Positions 42,462-54,400 of a stretch of 64,000 nucleotides of DNA are shown one piece after another. Location: the NCBI GenBank assembly GCA_020184695.1, contig JAANOX010000004.1, positions 62,001 to 126,000 on the forward strand, written 5' to 3'. Both the position numbers and the translations under genes were made by a program. This DNA comes from Histomonas meleagridis 2922-C6/04-290x (taxonomy: Eukaryota; Protista; Parabasalia). Positions within the stretch are counted from its first letter, which is position 1. Each line of letters starts with the position of its first letter. Under the pieces are notes generated by a model, which worked only from the letters and a program-made list of their open reading frames with translations, was not told where the DNA came from and ran no database searches.

Positions 42462-43706
42462 CTAACCACATATAATTCCGACTGATCCTTTTGGAATTGT
42501 GCCTACTTCACCTCTAATTGTTTCAACTTTATACATCGTATCTATAGGGTTGTCTTCTATAATGGACAAAAAGTCTCCAACTCCGACCACAATTCCTTTT
42601 GCTTCTCCAGGCTTTGGTTCTCTTACACATATTCCCAATGTTTTACTTGTTGATTTCACGCAATAGCTTGGTACAAACCCAGTGACATGTGTAATTGGGT
42701 TCATTACACAACACCATTCTTCATCAGGTTCTTCCATCAAAAGAAGATACTTACCTTTTGTACAACTAATTTCATTCTCCCCACCACAAACGAAGTTTTC
42801 AACAACTTCGGCAATAGCTACAGGAAAATCTTCGTTTTTGATTTCGAGAGGTATCTTCTCTTCATCAAAATCAAAATCAACCTCCTCAAATTTGGGACAT
42901 GTGATGTTATATCGAACGATACGTTTGGTTTCAATGAAAACGCCAAAGTCATAGCCCATGTCAATGGAATCGTGGATTTTCATGAGAAGACCATTGGTTT
43001 TCTCAATCCCAGCAACTACACATTCAATACAATTACAAAATCCATCTAAAAGATTAAGTAAGGCTTGATCACGGAAAAGAATGGACTCCGAAAATTTATC
43101 AAGTGATTCGATGTAAGACCGCTGTGAAGCTTGAACAGATCCTATGATTTTATCGCGTTGAACTTTGTAAGTTAAGCGACGTTTGAGAATTTCTTCATAT
43201 TGTGTTGATAAATCTTTTAATTGGCGCGCACTTGGTTTACCTTTAAGAAGTTTGGCTGTAAGCTGGTCAATCTTTTTAACAACATTCATATTAGAATCTG
43301 CAATCGTTTTAATGATTGTTGATACATTTTCGGTTGTCGTGGAAGAACTTTCAATTTCACTTAATAAACGTGAAACTTTATCATCATTAATTGCATTATT
43401 GATCTCTTCCTTTGTCCTATGGATTTCTTTGTTGAGTTTAATGGAGGATCGATCAAAATTTATTGCAAAGTCACTAATTGAACCAATAATGTTAATAAGC
43501 CATACGTTAGTTGATCCTGGCATTCCTGGAACAACAAGTTCACCATTTAACTCTTTAATTGTTAATGCTGCTTGTACTTTTTCTTCGATTCCTTTAATCA
43601 TTGTTTTATATATTGTAGTAAGTTCCTTAAAAAAATCGTATATCATTTCTTCTTCAATTTTCCTTGTGGCGTTTATTTGCTTTGCTGTTTCCAAGTTTTT
43701 GTCCAT
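42462..43706 (-). CDS. BAR/F-BAR-like coiled coil plus two SH3(-like) domains
   Basis: AEVVENFVCGGENEISCTKGKYLLLMEEPDEEWC...GFVPSYCV (SH3); a second SH3-like segment ends GEVGTIPKGSV; N-terminal helical region. Confidence 0.7.
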   Translation of the reverse strand: MDKNLETAKQINATRKIEEEMIYDFFKELTTIYKTMIKGIEEKVQAALTIKELNGELVVPGMPGSTNVWLINIIGSISDFAINFDRSSIKLNKEIHRTKEEINNAINDDKVSRLLSEIESSSTTTENVSTIIKTIADSNMNVVKKIDQLTAKLLKGKPSARQLKDLSTQYEEILKRRLTYKVQRDKIIGSVQASQRSYIESLDKFSESILFRDQALLNLLDGFCNCIECVVAGIEKTNGLLMKIHDSIDMGYDFGVFIETKRIVRYNITCPKFEEVDFDFDEEKIPLEIKNEDFPVAIAEVVENFVCGGENEISCTKGKYLLLMEEPDEEWCCVMNPITHVTGFVPSYCVKSTSKTLGICVREPKPGEAKGIVVGVGDFLSIIEDNPIDTMYKVETIRGEVGTIPKGSVGIICG

Positions 43707-44099
43707 TCAGAAAATAAGTAGAGCTCTGAAAATTGAATTGACTCGAGTCAAATTTGTTTCCATCTACAGTTGAAAGCCGCCTCGTAAATTTTACGATAAT
43801 TTCGAAATCCAAACTCATAATAGAACTAAGAGATTACACTTAAACATGAAAGCTTTCTATAAGTTAATTTGATATAACAATAATTTTACTTTTTAATTCC
43901 AGGTGCTTGATTTTGTATTTAAGGTCAAATTTAGCGAACGTTCACTTCAAGCATATTGACCGAATTTTAATCGTTGTTTTTACGTGAAAAGAAAGAATAA
44001 AATCTGCCAAATAAGTTTATTGTAAAGATTATAAAAAAGTGTCAATCAAATATCTTTATTCCAACACTCGAATTCTATTGTTCAATGGCCAAGTTCCAT

Positions 44100-44870
44100 T
44101 CATGAAGGTAAGGATCCTTGAGATGGGTATACTCCTCTTGAGCGATAAATTTTCTGGGGCTTTTTTTGAGGTGGCGCTTTGAAAAGTTCTTCGATTTGTT
44201 GTGCTGTTGCCTCTCTTGCTATAGGAATCTTTCCTACTCTGTGTTTAGGTTTCCATGAATCTGTTCTTTGGTCAATGGCTTTTCCTCTCTGTTCTACAAC
44301 TTTTTTTAGCTGGTTTATTTCCTTTTGTACTGAAGCAAATGGATCTAGGTCTCGATTTTCCGTTCCTCTCACTTCGCCTTCATCAAAATCTTCACTATCA
44401 AGTTTTCTCTGAATACTTTCATACCGTTTTTTATATATTTTAAGTGACGACTTCGTTCGTTCAAGTTGAAGTTCAGTGTCATAAAGAAGAGACTCGAGCT
44501 CATCTACTCTTTGTCGTGATTTCCCGAGTTCTTTCTTAAGATCAGCAGAATCAGCTTGTACTGGAAGTGGTCTTTTCAAATGAGTTAAGTATTCCACTCC
44601 TAGTTGAAGTAATTTAAAAGCTTTTAATACACTTTTATCATTAAATCTTTGATAATCTTTCTCAGTTAAATTTGCAAATGCTATGTGTTGAACGAGGTAT
44701 TCTAGTGATGAAACATCCATGTCACGGGCAATTTGTTCAACATTAACATCTTCAATTAAATTCCAATTCATAGGCATTTTGCGTGGACACCACCTAAATG
44801 AAGGAGATGGATCCATTGAAACAACTTGATGATAAATAGGATATGGCATTTGGTAATAAACAGGAAGCAT
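44100..44870 (-). CDS. DZIP1/Iguana N-terminal-like domain protein with coiled coil
   Basis: FRWCPRKMPMNWNLIEDVNVEQIARDMDVSSLEYLVQHIAFANL...FKLLQLGVEYL resembles the Dzip-like N-terminal domain. Confidence 0.65.
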   Translation of the reverse strand: MLPVYYQMPYPIYHQVVSMDPSPSFRWCPRKMPMNWNLIEDVNVEQIARDMDVSSLEYLVQHIAFANLTEKDYQRFNDKSVLKAFKLLQLGVEYLTHLKRPLPVQADSADLKKELGKSRQRVDELESLLYDTELQLERTKSSLKIYKKRYESIQRKLDSEDFDEGEVRGTENRDLDPFASVQKEINQLKKVVEQRGKAIDQRTDSWKPKHRVGKIPIAREATAQQIEELFKAPPQKKPQKIYRSRGVYPSQGSLPS

Positions 44871-45061
44871 CTCGAATGGTGTTTATTAACGTACATTTTA
44901 TTTGAATATTTTACGAATACATACATACAAGACAGGGGTTCTATGATTGGAGATCTCATGTTTTGAACCTATTGAAAATATGATATATACAATTTTTTGA
45001 TATATTTACATGATTCAAGTTAAGCATTGAATTAAGGAACAAAACATTTAGAAACAACAAA

Positions 45062-45628
45062 ATGACAATTAGAATTGTGGCTTGTAGCAATGACAATGGT
45101 ACTGGAATCACAAGCGTTGTTGACAAGCTTGTTCATGATTGTTATGTTGAAGAATGTGACCCAACAATTTCACGAGATTGGAGTTATAAACTTGTTATTG
45201 ATGGAAAACTTTATGAACTTAAAATTCTAGAAATATCAGAACTTTACGAAACAGGCGTAGAGTGGGCTATCAAAACCTATGACATCGTCCTTATTGTTTG
45301 TGCACATGATGAATCTTATTCTCATTCACAATTTACCGAAATGTTTAAAAAAATCAGAGAAATTAAAGGCTCAAACGATGCTCCTATTGTTGTATGCTTT
45401 AATAAATGTGATATAGAACATTTATACAGTCCATCAGAAATAAAGGAATTGATTGGTGACGAATCTATACCTTTTTTTGACGTCTCTGCAAAAACTGGAC
45501 AGGGGATAAAAGGACTATTTGAAAAACTTGCAAGAATGATAATTGAAAAACAAGAGCTTGAATCAAAAACAGAAAACAAGGAAAAGAAGAAAACCAGTGG
45601 CGATAAAGAAGTTTGCGTTATACAGTAA
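45062..45628 (+). CDS. Divergent Ras-family small GTPase-like protein with CaaX (CVIQ)
   Basis: DPTI switch-I-like, NKCD (G4) and SAK (G5) are present. G1 reads NDNGTGITS (no GKS) and G3 reads EISE (no DxxG). Confidence 0.75.
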   Translation: MTIRIVACSNDNGTGITSVVDKLVHDCYVEECDPTISRDWSYKLVIDGKLYELKILEISELYETGVEWAIKTYDIVLIVCAHDESYSHSQFTEMFKKIREIKGSNDAPIVVCFNKCDIEHLYSPSEIKELIGDESIPFFDVSAKTGQGIKGLFEKLARMIIEKQELESKTENKEKKKTSGDKEVCVIQ

Positions 45629-46072
45629 TTTAAAAGTAATTGACGAATTTTTTTTTATTCAATCTAATTTCTTTATGTTGTGATGCCATATTTGTAATAA
45701 TAAACATTTTTATTTATTACAATTACTGCTTTATATGAATGAAAAGTGAGCATGTTCTAAAAATGCTTGAAAAATTCAGTTAAGAAAATAAAAAATTAAC
45801 ATTTCATAAGTTTAAAAATAAAATTTCAATTTGACTTCTAAATAGATTTAAATAACACTTTAATGAATAATTAGGTCAAGAAAAACACACACATTTTTAA
45901 AAATGAATTTTCCATTTTGTATTATTTAAAAAATAAAACGAAATATAATAAACACCACTCTATATATAACATAATTTCTACACATTGAAATAATTCAAAT
46001 TGCTTAATTCATGACAGAACATCTAAAAATAGAATTCACAATTTTTATGTAATTTCCGGTTTTTACCCTTTT

Positions 46073-49000
46073 ATGGGTAAAATTATTTTAATGAAGCCTT
46101 CGCAACTCCATTCAGAATTAGACAAATGGGCGAGAGAAAATTCCGAGTTGTTCTGTAGGCACAATCTTACAGCATCACGTCTTACTATTTCGAAAGCAGC
46201 TCAGCTATGGAAACCGTCTGGAATTGATCATAAAGATATAAAACATCCAGGAATTGAATTTTTTGATTACCCAGCAGTAATTGTTACACGAAACTATGCA
46301 TACCAAAGCCCACAAAAACAAGCCGAAAATCCACCACAATTTTCCCTTTTTACATATGATGAATCTTTACTTCCAGAAGAAACACCAGAAACTATTGAAG
46401 ACATTGTTAAGGTAGCACCTCCTTTACTATCAGTTTTTCAAAAACTTGAATATTCCCCCTTACAAGATCAAAGAACTGATGTAGGTATTCTTAAACCGGG
46501 TCAGCTTTCATATTACACAGCAAAATTCCAACGTCTTTCCTCAAAAGCACAAATTTTTGAACCAATTATTGTAAACCTTTTTTTATGGGATATGGATAAA
46601 CAACACAAAATTTCACAAACGTGGAGATTCCTTCCTAATGCCAGTTCTTTTGAAAGTTTTTCAAGTTTTATTTCTCCAAGTATTTTCAATGCTCCAAATG
46701 AAAAACCCTTACCATTTACAACAACTCACAAGCGGATTGAAATCATTGTCTCTCTTGATCGTCTTCTCGTACGATCAGCTGGAGCTTCTCTTCAGAAATA
46801 TTATGAAAAACCAAATTCTTCAAATAGACAAGCTGCTGAACTTGACATTAAACAATGTAATCAAAAGCTTACATCCATCACATTTGCATGGTCTAGTAAG
46901 CCATATCCTAAGTTTTCTACTGGAGATCCAGTTGAAGTTTCATTTGACACTTTTTACGCAACGCAAACGGTCTCCGACCAATATCTTTCCACAGCATTTT
47001 CACAAAGCCTTAAACATGAAAAGACAGTTCCTTTTGAATTAACCCTTGTATTATCTCCACAGCGTTCACAAATTCCACCACTTCGACATTATTTTGAATT
47101 TCCATCATGTCCTTATACATCTTTTATTAATGATTTAATAATACACCCTATCCAAGCCCATTTCCGTTTTCCACGTGGTACACGTGGTCGTAATATACTT
47201 GCTGAGATACAAATAATTGGTTCAAATAATAATCCAATTCCAGGTTTTAATGGCGAAAAAGTGTATACCACACGATGCCAATATCATGTTGACAGTCCTA
47301 AATTTGATGAAGACATTGTAGTTGATTTGCCATTATCATTACCTAAAACCGCCAAGCTTGTAGTTTTCTTTCATCATGCCTCCGTCAAGCCTAAAGCTAA
47401 GAATCCACGTCGTCAATGTGGTTGCTTAGTATATCCATTATTTAACCCTGATGGCACTTTTATACAAAACGGCATTCACAAAGCAGGCATATCGTACTCT
47501 GGGGCACCCGACGAAATCGTCCCCCCCACTGAAGGTAATCAATTTATATTTTCGATTAATTTACGAAGTTCTATTTATACATCTGACCCACAAGTTAATA
47601 CAGTTTTTCAAGGTGATTTAGCTAAACTTACCACCCACCCTAATTCACAATTATTATTACCACATTTATATACAGTCTTAGATGAAATTATTAAACAAAT
47701 TAATGAAGGTAAATATGAAGGCTTTACTGCATTAGTCCAAATCTTATCAGTATTTAAACGAGAACGAAATCAAACAGAAAGTCAATATTTAGTATTTTAT
47801 TTAAAGTTTTGCGCATTACGTCATAATGGTGAAGAATCATTTCATGAACGATTTATACCAATATGGAATCAATATCTAAAGAAGACAGAGTTTGATCAAC
47901 GAAGATCGGATTTCTTTTGTTGTTGGTTTTTATTAGAATTATTAACAAAGTCTATTTTATTAAAGAATGAAAATGTTGATTTTGATCAATTATCAATCAT
48001 TACAACTACTTTATCATCATATTTACCACGATTTAGAGATAGTGGACAATATGTAGGTAATGCTATTAACAAACATTTATGTTTTTTTTACAAAGATTTA
48101 TTCGAATTTATTGATCATTCATTAGTATTTAAATTATTAGAGAAACATATGAACTTAAATTTAGAAGGTATTACTAACATTTATGATCGAGAATGTTTTC
48201 GAGATATAATTCAAACGTTTGTATCACCGAAAATATTTTTATATTTAACAGCACCTATTAATGGCTCTTCTTTATTTATAGATTTGTTTTTGCCACATAT
48301 TAAAGCTGCTATTAATATACCAGAACATACTAATGATTTATTTAAGTTAATTTTCGATCTTTTATTACAATTCGAACCTTCAGAACATTTAAAAATTGCG
48401 CCACAATTATTACCATTATTAAAGTTTATAGGTACTATTGAAGATGTATTAGATTCTTATCCAAGTAAATCATTTTTAGTATATTTATTAGCAGTCGCAC
48501 ATTATATATATTATTATAATAAAATTAATGATTTTAATAAAGATTTCGCAAATGTATCAAAAGTATTAATAAAGTTTTCATCGAAATTAACAGATGCTGA
48601 ACAAAATGCGATTAAAGAAACAAGTAAAAAAATTGCAAATAGTGAAAATATTACTAAGACAATGACCGCAAGTTTAAGAGATACTGATATCATAAATCCA
48701 ATCGAATTTGAACAAACACCAAAAACTCGAAAATTCGCTTCTTTACGTATGTCAACACGAAATGATTTATTTAAGGCGCAAAATGATAATTCAAATCCAT
48801 TAACTAATTATCCGAAAATTTTTGAGTTTTTATCATTTGCGATCCAATCATTAATGTTAAAACTTGTTCAAGATCATCAAAATATATATTCATTTAATTC
48901 GATATTCCCTTATATTGCTGATAAAGAAGTTTCACCTTTACTTAAGCATCAATATCATAAAATATTATTACAATTTACTATTAAATCGACTGATATTGTA

Positions 49001-50599
49001 TTTAATAATTCTGAATCGAATCTAAAACATATAATACATAAATTAGTTGAAAAAATCGATAATGATACTGTAGAATTATTAGAAAGTTTGTTGAAAATAG
49101 AAAAGAAACATTACGGGACGAATAATAGAATGAACGCTTTAGTCGCACGTACATTTTTTAAGTCTCCGCCAACTGAAAATACATTAGAAATTGCAAAAGA
49201 TTCTTCGTTTTATAAGTTCATTAAGAAACTTTATGATATTAATAAGGATTTAAATGATGAAGAATTAAAAGAAACGAATTCTGATGCTTATTCATACTTA
49301 TTATTAAAAAAGGCAGACTTGTTACGGAATTCTCCTGATGCAAGAGTCGAAATGTTATTACAATTAACTGCTTATAATAATCAAAATCAATATTATAGTG
49401 AAGCAATTACATCACAAATTACTGCAGCTGCTTTAGTTGCAGAATCATTATACCATTTAGGGCATATAACAGAAAACTTTAAGGACCCAATACAGAAGTT
49501 TTGTATCCCTTGCCCTTCTGCTATGTCCGAAATTTATCCAAAAGATCTGTTAAAGGACATACCAAAGTTAAAAGGATTTTGTACATCAAAATATTTCAAT
49601 GAGTATTCAATGATTTACTTGATAACAAACGCTCAAGATTCGTGTAAACGTGCGAATTTATTTGAATTATCGGCAAAGTTACATACTTTACTATTACCGA
49701 TAGCTGAGTCAAGACAATTATGGCAACTATTAAAGAAGAACTTCAATACTGGTTGTTTCATTTGGAAAGTTATAGGTAACGTAAATTCAACAACTGATAG
49801 AAATCTTGGTACTTATTATAGAGTACAATTTCAAAGAGGTAAAGGTGTCGTTAATTACATCTACAGAGAAACTAAATTCGCAAACTTATGGCAAGTATGC
49901 GAAAGAATACAAAAGAGCGCACAGTATGATGCAGGAGGAAAAACAGTTGTCATCTCTAACCAAGGAGAAGAATTGGATCCTTCTCAATTCGAAGACGATA
50001 AATATTACGTGCACGTTAAGTCGGTTAATCAATACTTTACTCCAGAAGAAAGGAAAAAACGGATTACGGTTTTCGAACAAAATCATAATATTTCAAAGTT
50101 TTACTTCGATTTACCGTTCTCAAAAAGTTCGCAATCGTCAATTGAAAATTGTTGGCTGAAACGGTTTATTTTTACAACACCTCACCCGATGCCGTTTATT
50201 GTGAATAGGGTTGAAATTCCAAAAGAAAATATAGAAACTTATACATTCTCCCCAATTGAATATAGTTGTCAAAACTTACAGAAACAAATAGATCTATTAA
50301 CAGAAGAAATTGCTCGGAAAGACGCACCTGCAATTCAATTATTATTACAAGGTTCTTTATTAGTACAAGTAAATGAAGGACCTCAAAAAATTGCAGAAGT
50401 GTTCCTTGGTAGTGGTGAAGAAAATGAACATAAGCCAAAATTAAGAAATATATTTAGACAATTCTTGGAAGCGGCTGCTGCTGCAACTAAAGTACATGGT
50501 GAATATGTGAAGTCTCACCCTGTGTTTGCTGTGTTACAAGAAGAGCTCGAATCGAGCTTGAACCGTTTGAATTCTGTGATTCAAACATATTTGAAATAA
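46073..50599 (+). CDS. DOCK-family Rho GEF (C2/DHR-1 plus DHR-2; DOCK-C/D-like)
   Basis: DHR-1 YHVDSPKFDEDIVVDLPLSL...FFHHAS; DHR-2 TYYRVQF...YIYRE...PIE...LLLQGSLLVQVNEGP. Confidence 0.92.
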   Translation: MGKIILMKPSQLHSELDKWARENSELFCRHNLTASRLTISKAAQLWKPSGIDHKDIKHPGIEFFDYPAVIVTRNYAYQSPQKQAENPPQFSLFTYDESLLPEETPETIEDIVKVAPPLLSVFQKLEYSPLQDQRTDVGILKPGQLSYYTAKFQRLSSKAQIFEPIIVNLFLWDMDKQHKISQTWRFLPNASSFESFSSFISPSIFNAPNEKPLPFTTTHKRIEIIVSLDRLLVRSAGASLQKYYEKPNSSNRQAAELDIKQCNQKLTSITFAWSSKPYPKFSTGDPVEVSFDTFYATQTVSDQYLSTAFSQSLKHEKTVPFELTLVLSPQRSQIPPLRHYFEFPSCPYTSFINDLIIHPIQAHFRFPRGTRGRNILAEIQIIGSNNNPIPGFNGEKVYTTRCQYHVDSPKFDEDIVVDLPLSLPKTAKLVVFFHHASVKPKAKNPRRQCGCLVYPLFNPDGTFIQNGIHKAGISYSGAPDEIVPPTEGNQFIFSINLRSSIYTSDPQVNTVFQGDLAKLTTHPNSQLLLPHLYTVLDEIIKQINEGKYEGFTALVQILSVFKRERNQTESQYLVFYLKFCALRHNGEESFHERFIPIWNQYLKKTEFDQRRSDFFCCWFLLELLTKSILLKNENVDFDQLSIITTTLSSYLPRFRDSGQYVGNAINKHLCFFYKDLFEFIDHSLVFKLLEKHMNLNLEGITNIYDRECFRDIIQTFVSPKIFLYLTAPINGSSLFIDLFLPHIKAAINIPEHTNDLFKLIFDLLLQFEPSEHLKIAPQLLPLLKFIGTIEDVLDSYPSKSFLVYLLAVAHYIYYYNKINDFNKDFANVSKVLIKFSSKLTDAEQNAIKETSKKIANSENITKTMTASLRDTDIINPIEFEQTPKTRKFASLRMSTRNDLFKAQNDNSNPLTNYPKIFEFLSFAIQSLMLKLVQDHQNIYSFNSIFPYIADKEVSPLLKHQYHKILLQFTIKSTDIVFNNSESNLKHIIHKLVEKIDNDTVELLESLLKIEKKHYGTNNRMNALVARTFFKSPPTENTLEIAKDSSFYKFIKKLYDINKDLNDEELKETNSDAYSYLLLKKADLLRNSPDARVEMLLQLTAYNNQNQYYSEAITSQITAAALVAESLYHLGHITENFKDPIQKFCIPCPSAMSEIYPKDLLKDIPKLKGFCTSKYFNEYSMIYLITNAQDSCKRANLFELSAKLHTLLLPIAESRQLWQLLKKNFNTGCFIWKVIGNVNSTTDRNLGTYYRVQFQRGKGVVNYIYRETKFANLWQVCERIQKSAQYDAGGKTVVISNQGEELDPSQFEDDKYYVHVKSVNQYFTPEERKKRITVFEQNHNISKFYFDLPFSKSSQSSIENCWLKRFIFTTPHPMPFIVNRVEIPKENIETYTFSPIEYSCQNLQKQIDLLTEEIARKDAPAIQLLLQGSLLVQVNEGPQKIAEVFLGSGEENEHKPKLRNIFRQFLEAAAAATKVHGEYVKSHPVFAVLQEELESSLNRLNSVIQTYLK

Positions 50600-50948
50600 T
50601 TAAACAATTTTTTTAATTCGACATTACTATCTTCTACAAATCAAAGATATTCGGAATAGTGGTATGGAATATAATGAAAAATATTTGTGTATTTGATATC
50701 AATTGATTGAATAAGATACAAACAAATACACCAAATCAACACTGCCCATCCTTCAATGGACAGTTGATAGCATGCGAGGTGATTAATTGTATCCAAAATG
50801 AAGATTTGTAAGATTTAGCTAAATCTAAAGCTGAATTTCTTCAATGATAAAGATTATTAACTTTTTGATTTTTAATTCTTTGGTTGTGGTTCTGGGATCA
50901 TTTCTTAAGTAACTTCAACCACTGATATAAATTAATTAACCATTACTT

Positions 50949-51042
50949 AAAGTCGGATGAAGACTTATAGGAATCGTTCCGTGTGACAATTCGCTCTCGG
51001 GCGCTGAATGAGGTTAAGGTTCGGTTCCATTCTGATGGCTTT
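50949..51042 (+). ncRNA. Candidate box C/D snoRNA-like RNA
   Basis: GC-elevated intergenic island. Terminal stem aaagtc/ggcttt, C-like GGATGA (50955), internal CTGA (51004) plus ATGAGG, D box CTGA (51032), then a T7 tract. Confidence 0.35.
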
Positions 51043-51412
51043 TTTTGTTTTTTTATTAAAAACCATAAACAAAATTCTTTTTTAATCTTTTTCCCATCTT
51101 AATTTAGTCATTTAATTCCTTGTTTTTTTTAAAAGCTCCTTATCAGTTCCATTATCTTGTATTAACATTTAATAAGTTTCCTGTGATAATTTATCATCAT
51201 AATGTCAAATAATTTATTATTTCTATGACTTCAATGAATACCAATGTGGTCAGTATACTTTTCTCACCTTATATTTCAACTTATTTGCCTGATTTATTTT
51301 TACATCAAAATTTTTTCATTGATTTTTATGACAATTTTAAGTTAACACAAAAAGAAATATTCATTATCAAACAAAACAAGAAAACATTTTCCATTAAACC
51401 TTTATTTAACAT

Positions 51413-54400
51413 TTAAACATTATTCTTTTTTATCAATTTTGGATTAATTTCCCTTAAGAAATCAACCGAAGATTGTATATTATCGAATTTTGTTTCTATT
51501 TTCGGCTTTAGTTTTTCATCTGGTACGAAAGCTTTGGGTAATTTCAACACCTCAAAGTTTGCGAATGGTGAATTTGGTCTTGGGGAGATTCTTATGCTCA
51601 TTTTCCTATGTAATTCCAAACCCAATGACGAAAATGTTTTCATCCATTTATCGACTTTATTTGGGAATTTTTCTTTTTCTTCTTTTTGTAATTTATTCAC
51701 CATTTCGAACTGACTTGTGAAAGGTAAAATTCTTGGTTCATTTACAGGTTCCAACAAACTTGAAATTGCTGCCAAATCTTGACAATAATTTACAGGGGCA
51801 ACACTTTCTTGTTTAACCAAATTGGCAAGATTAGATGCGACTGGATCCACTATATCATTCCATTTTAAGTTATCGATTCTTGGGATTGTTGGTAATAAAG
51901 GATCAACAATTGATACTTCTTTAACAAAGTAAAGAGCTTCAGACATTTCAGGCATCATTCTGACAGCCTCTTTAAATATTACTACGAGTGCTTGTTTGTT
52001 TAAATCGAATTTATCAGCTTCGCTTATGTCTGAGTGGTAATAACTTTGTTGTAAAATTTCATCGTTTGGAGAATTCGGAAATTTATTTGAAATTGAACGC
52101 TTTAAATCGGTTGGAATTGAACTTTTTTTACGTATATCGTTAAACCGTTTAAGTATTTGTTGTGATAAAGAAAAAATTCGCTTTTTTAAGTCGTTCGAAC
52201 CATTACTAATCATCAAAGAATAATGAGATAACACTCTATTTAAGACATCAATATCAGCGGACTGTACCATTTTTTGATCATTTTCAGAAGTACAATTACG
52301 TGATAATGCAGAACTTACAAATTTCAAATCAACAGAATTACTCTTATTAAGGAATTCCTCGAAAGTTGCTTTAGCCTTAGCATCAACTTCAAGCAAGTTA
52401 AAGCAAGTTCTTAAAGCACGAAGAAAATACGATTTTGAAGCTCGATGAGTTATCGGTGAACTCAAGCAAAGTCTATACAACGGAATAATTTGCGAGAAAT
52501 AAGCATCCAGTGATACCACCAAATCGAAAAATGAATTCACATAATTTAAGCATAAATTTTCATGACCTTTAAAGTGTTGTATAAACAAAGAAAATGTATC
52601 ATTGATATAATCATAAAAAGGTTCGTAACTTCCTTTTTCAGATGAATTACTATTTCTTAAAAAGTAACTTGTGCTTCTATAAATACCTTTTAATAACTCT
52701 GTAATGATCGAACTGTCAATGTTATACTTCAAATGTGTTAAAATGATTATTGAAGTTTGTGAATGTTTAAGGGTTCGACTACCAATAACCCAACGCATTG
52801 CCTCCATTGCCCAAATATTCACTGGGTTTTCCCCGTTAAATATTTTTACATCCATTTCTTGAAGTTTCTTTTGGAATTGTGATACAATAATTTTTATTGA
52901 TTTTGGACTTAAAGTTCTTTGTGTGTATCTTATGTTCATAATTTTAGTAACTCTTTTAAGTAAAGACTGTGTCAAATTCGAATGGAATAAAAGTGAAAAT
53001 TGTATTATGTATGGTAAATATGATTGAATTGATTCTTTATGATGTTTCAATGCTTTCATTATTAATGGTACAATCCAAAACTCTTTTTCGAAGTTTAAAT
53101 TCCTTTGATAAGAAATATAAGCATAAAATGAAAAGAAACATCTTTGTGATAATCGATTTGAGATTTGAGTAGGGAACCGATCAAGTAAACGATCAAAAAT
53201 CATTGTTTTTATGTCATCGTCATCGTTTTCCATTATAAAAAGTGGAATTATATCGGATTCCATTGAAATTTCGAACAAAATTGCCCACAAATTCGCCAAA
53301 TGTTCGAAGTCATGTTCTTTACGATTATTTATCGTCAATTTCATTAAAGAGTTTAAAAACTCATTTCGAGTTAATCTTTTTTCAGTTATATTAAATGTTG
53401 GCACACAACCAATTTGATTTGGTAACATGCCGAAAAGTTTTATCCAAGGAGTAATCGTTTCAATCATTACTTCAATAGTTCCTTGATACTTCGGATGATT
53501 CATTTGTTTAAATGCTGAATCTACAATAATTTCGGCAATTCTTTCTCCAAAACTTTGTATCATACCTAAACAGATATCTTCAGACTTCTCCAAAACTTGT
53601 TGAATTTCTTGATATTCTTGAGCCTTCGCAAATGTTGTTATATATATCAAAGAAAAGTTTAATAAAAAGTTTCGTGCTAAAGGTGAACCTTTTTGTAATT
53701 GGAATAAACCAACTAAAAACAATGATCCCGAATTCTTTAATAAGTCATGTGACTTTTCTTTTAATGAATCGGGAGAAAATCCATCAATTTTAGGTATTAT
53801 TGAACAAATTGCATCGAAAAAGAAATCCGATTTTGATTGATGATGTCTAAAACATGCATTGATATAATTAGATAATAAAAATTGATGTTTTTGTAGAAAT
53901 GGTGATAATACATGATAACCAATCCTTTCCGAATTTATCATTTTCTTGATGATTTTATCCGGATTTAATTGTGATGATAATAAATTATCTTTTTTAATTA
54001 TGGAATAATTAGATACAAATGGTAATAAAGCAGCTGATGCATATCTTCTAATTTCTAACCAATGTTTAGGTTTAGATTCTTTTAATAGTTTGTTTTCGAT
54101 TATTTGTATTAACAATAAAAATATGTTTAATTTAATTGATTCATTTGTTAATAATTTTGGTGCTAATTCAAACGTAATTGTTAATGAATAAAGATATTGT
54201 AATAAATGATTTGTATATTTTAATGTGTTTATCATATCAATAATTTGTGTATTTAATAAGTTCATAAATGATGACTTAATATTAGTAAAACATAATGATA
54301 ATATATTAAATATTGGCTCTAATATTTCCGTTTTACTTTGCATATTCGATTCATAACATCGAAAGAAATAATAAATCGATGACATAATTTTCTTCCAAGG

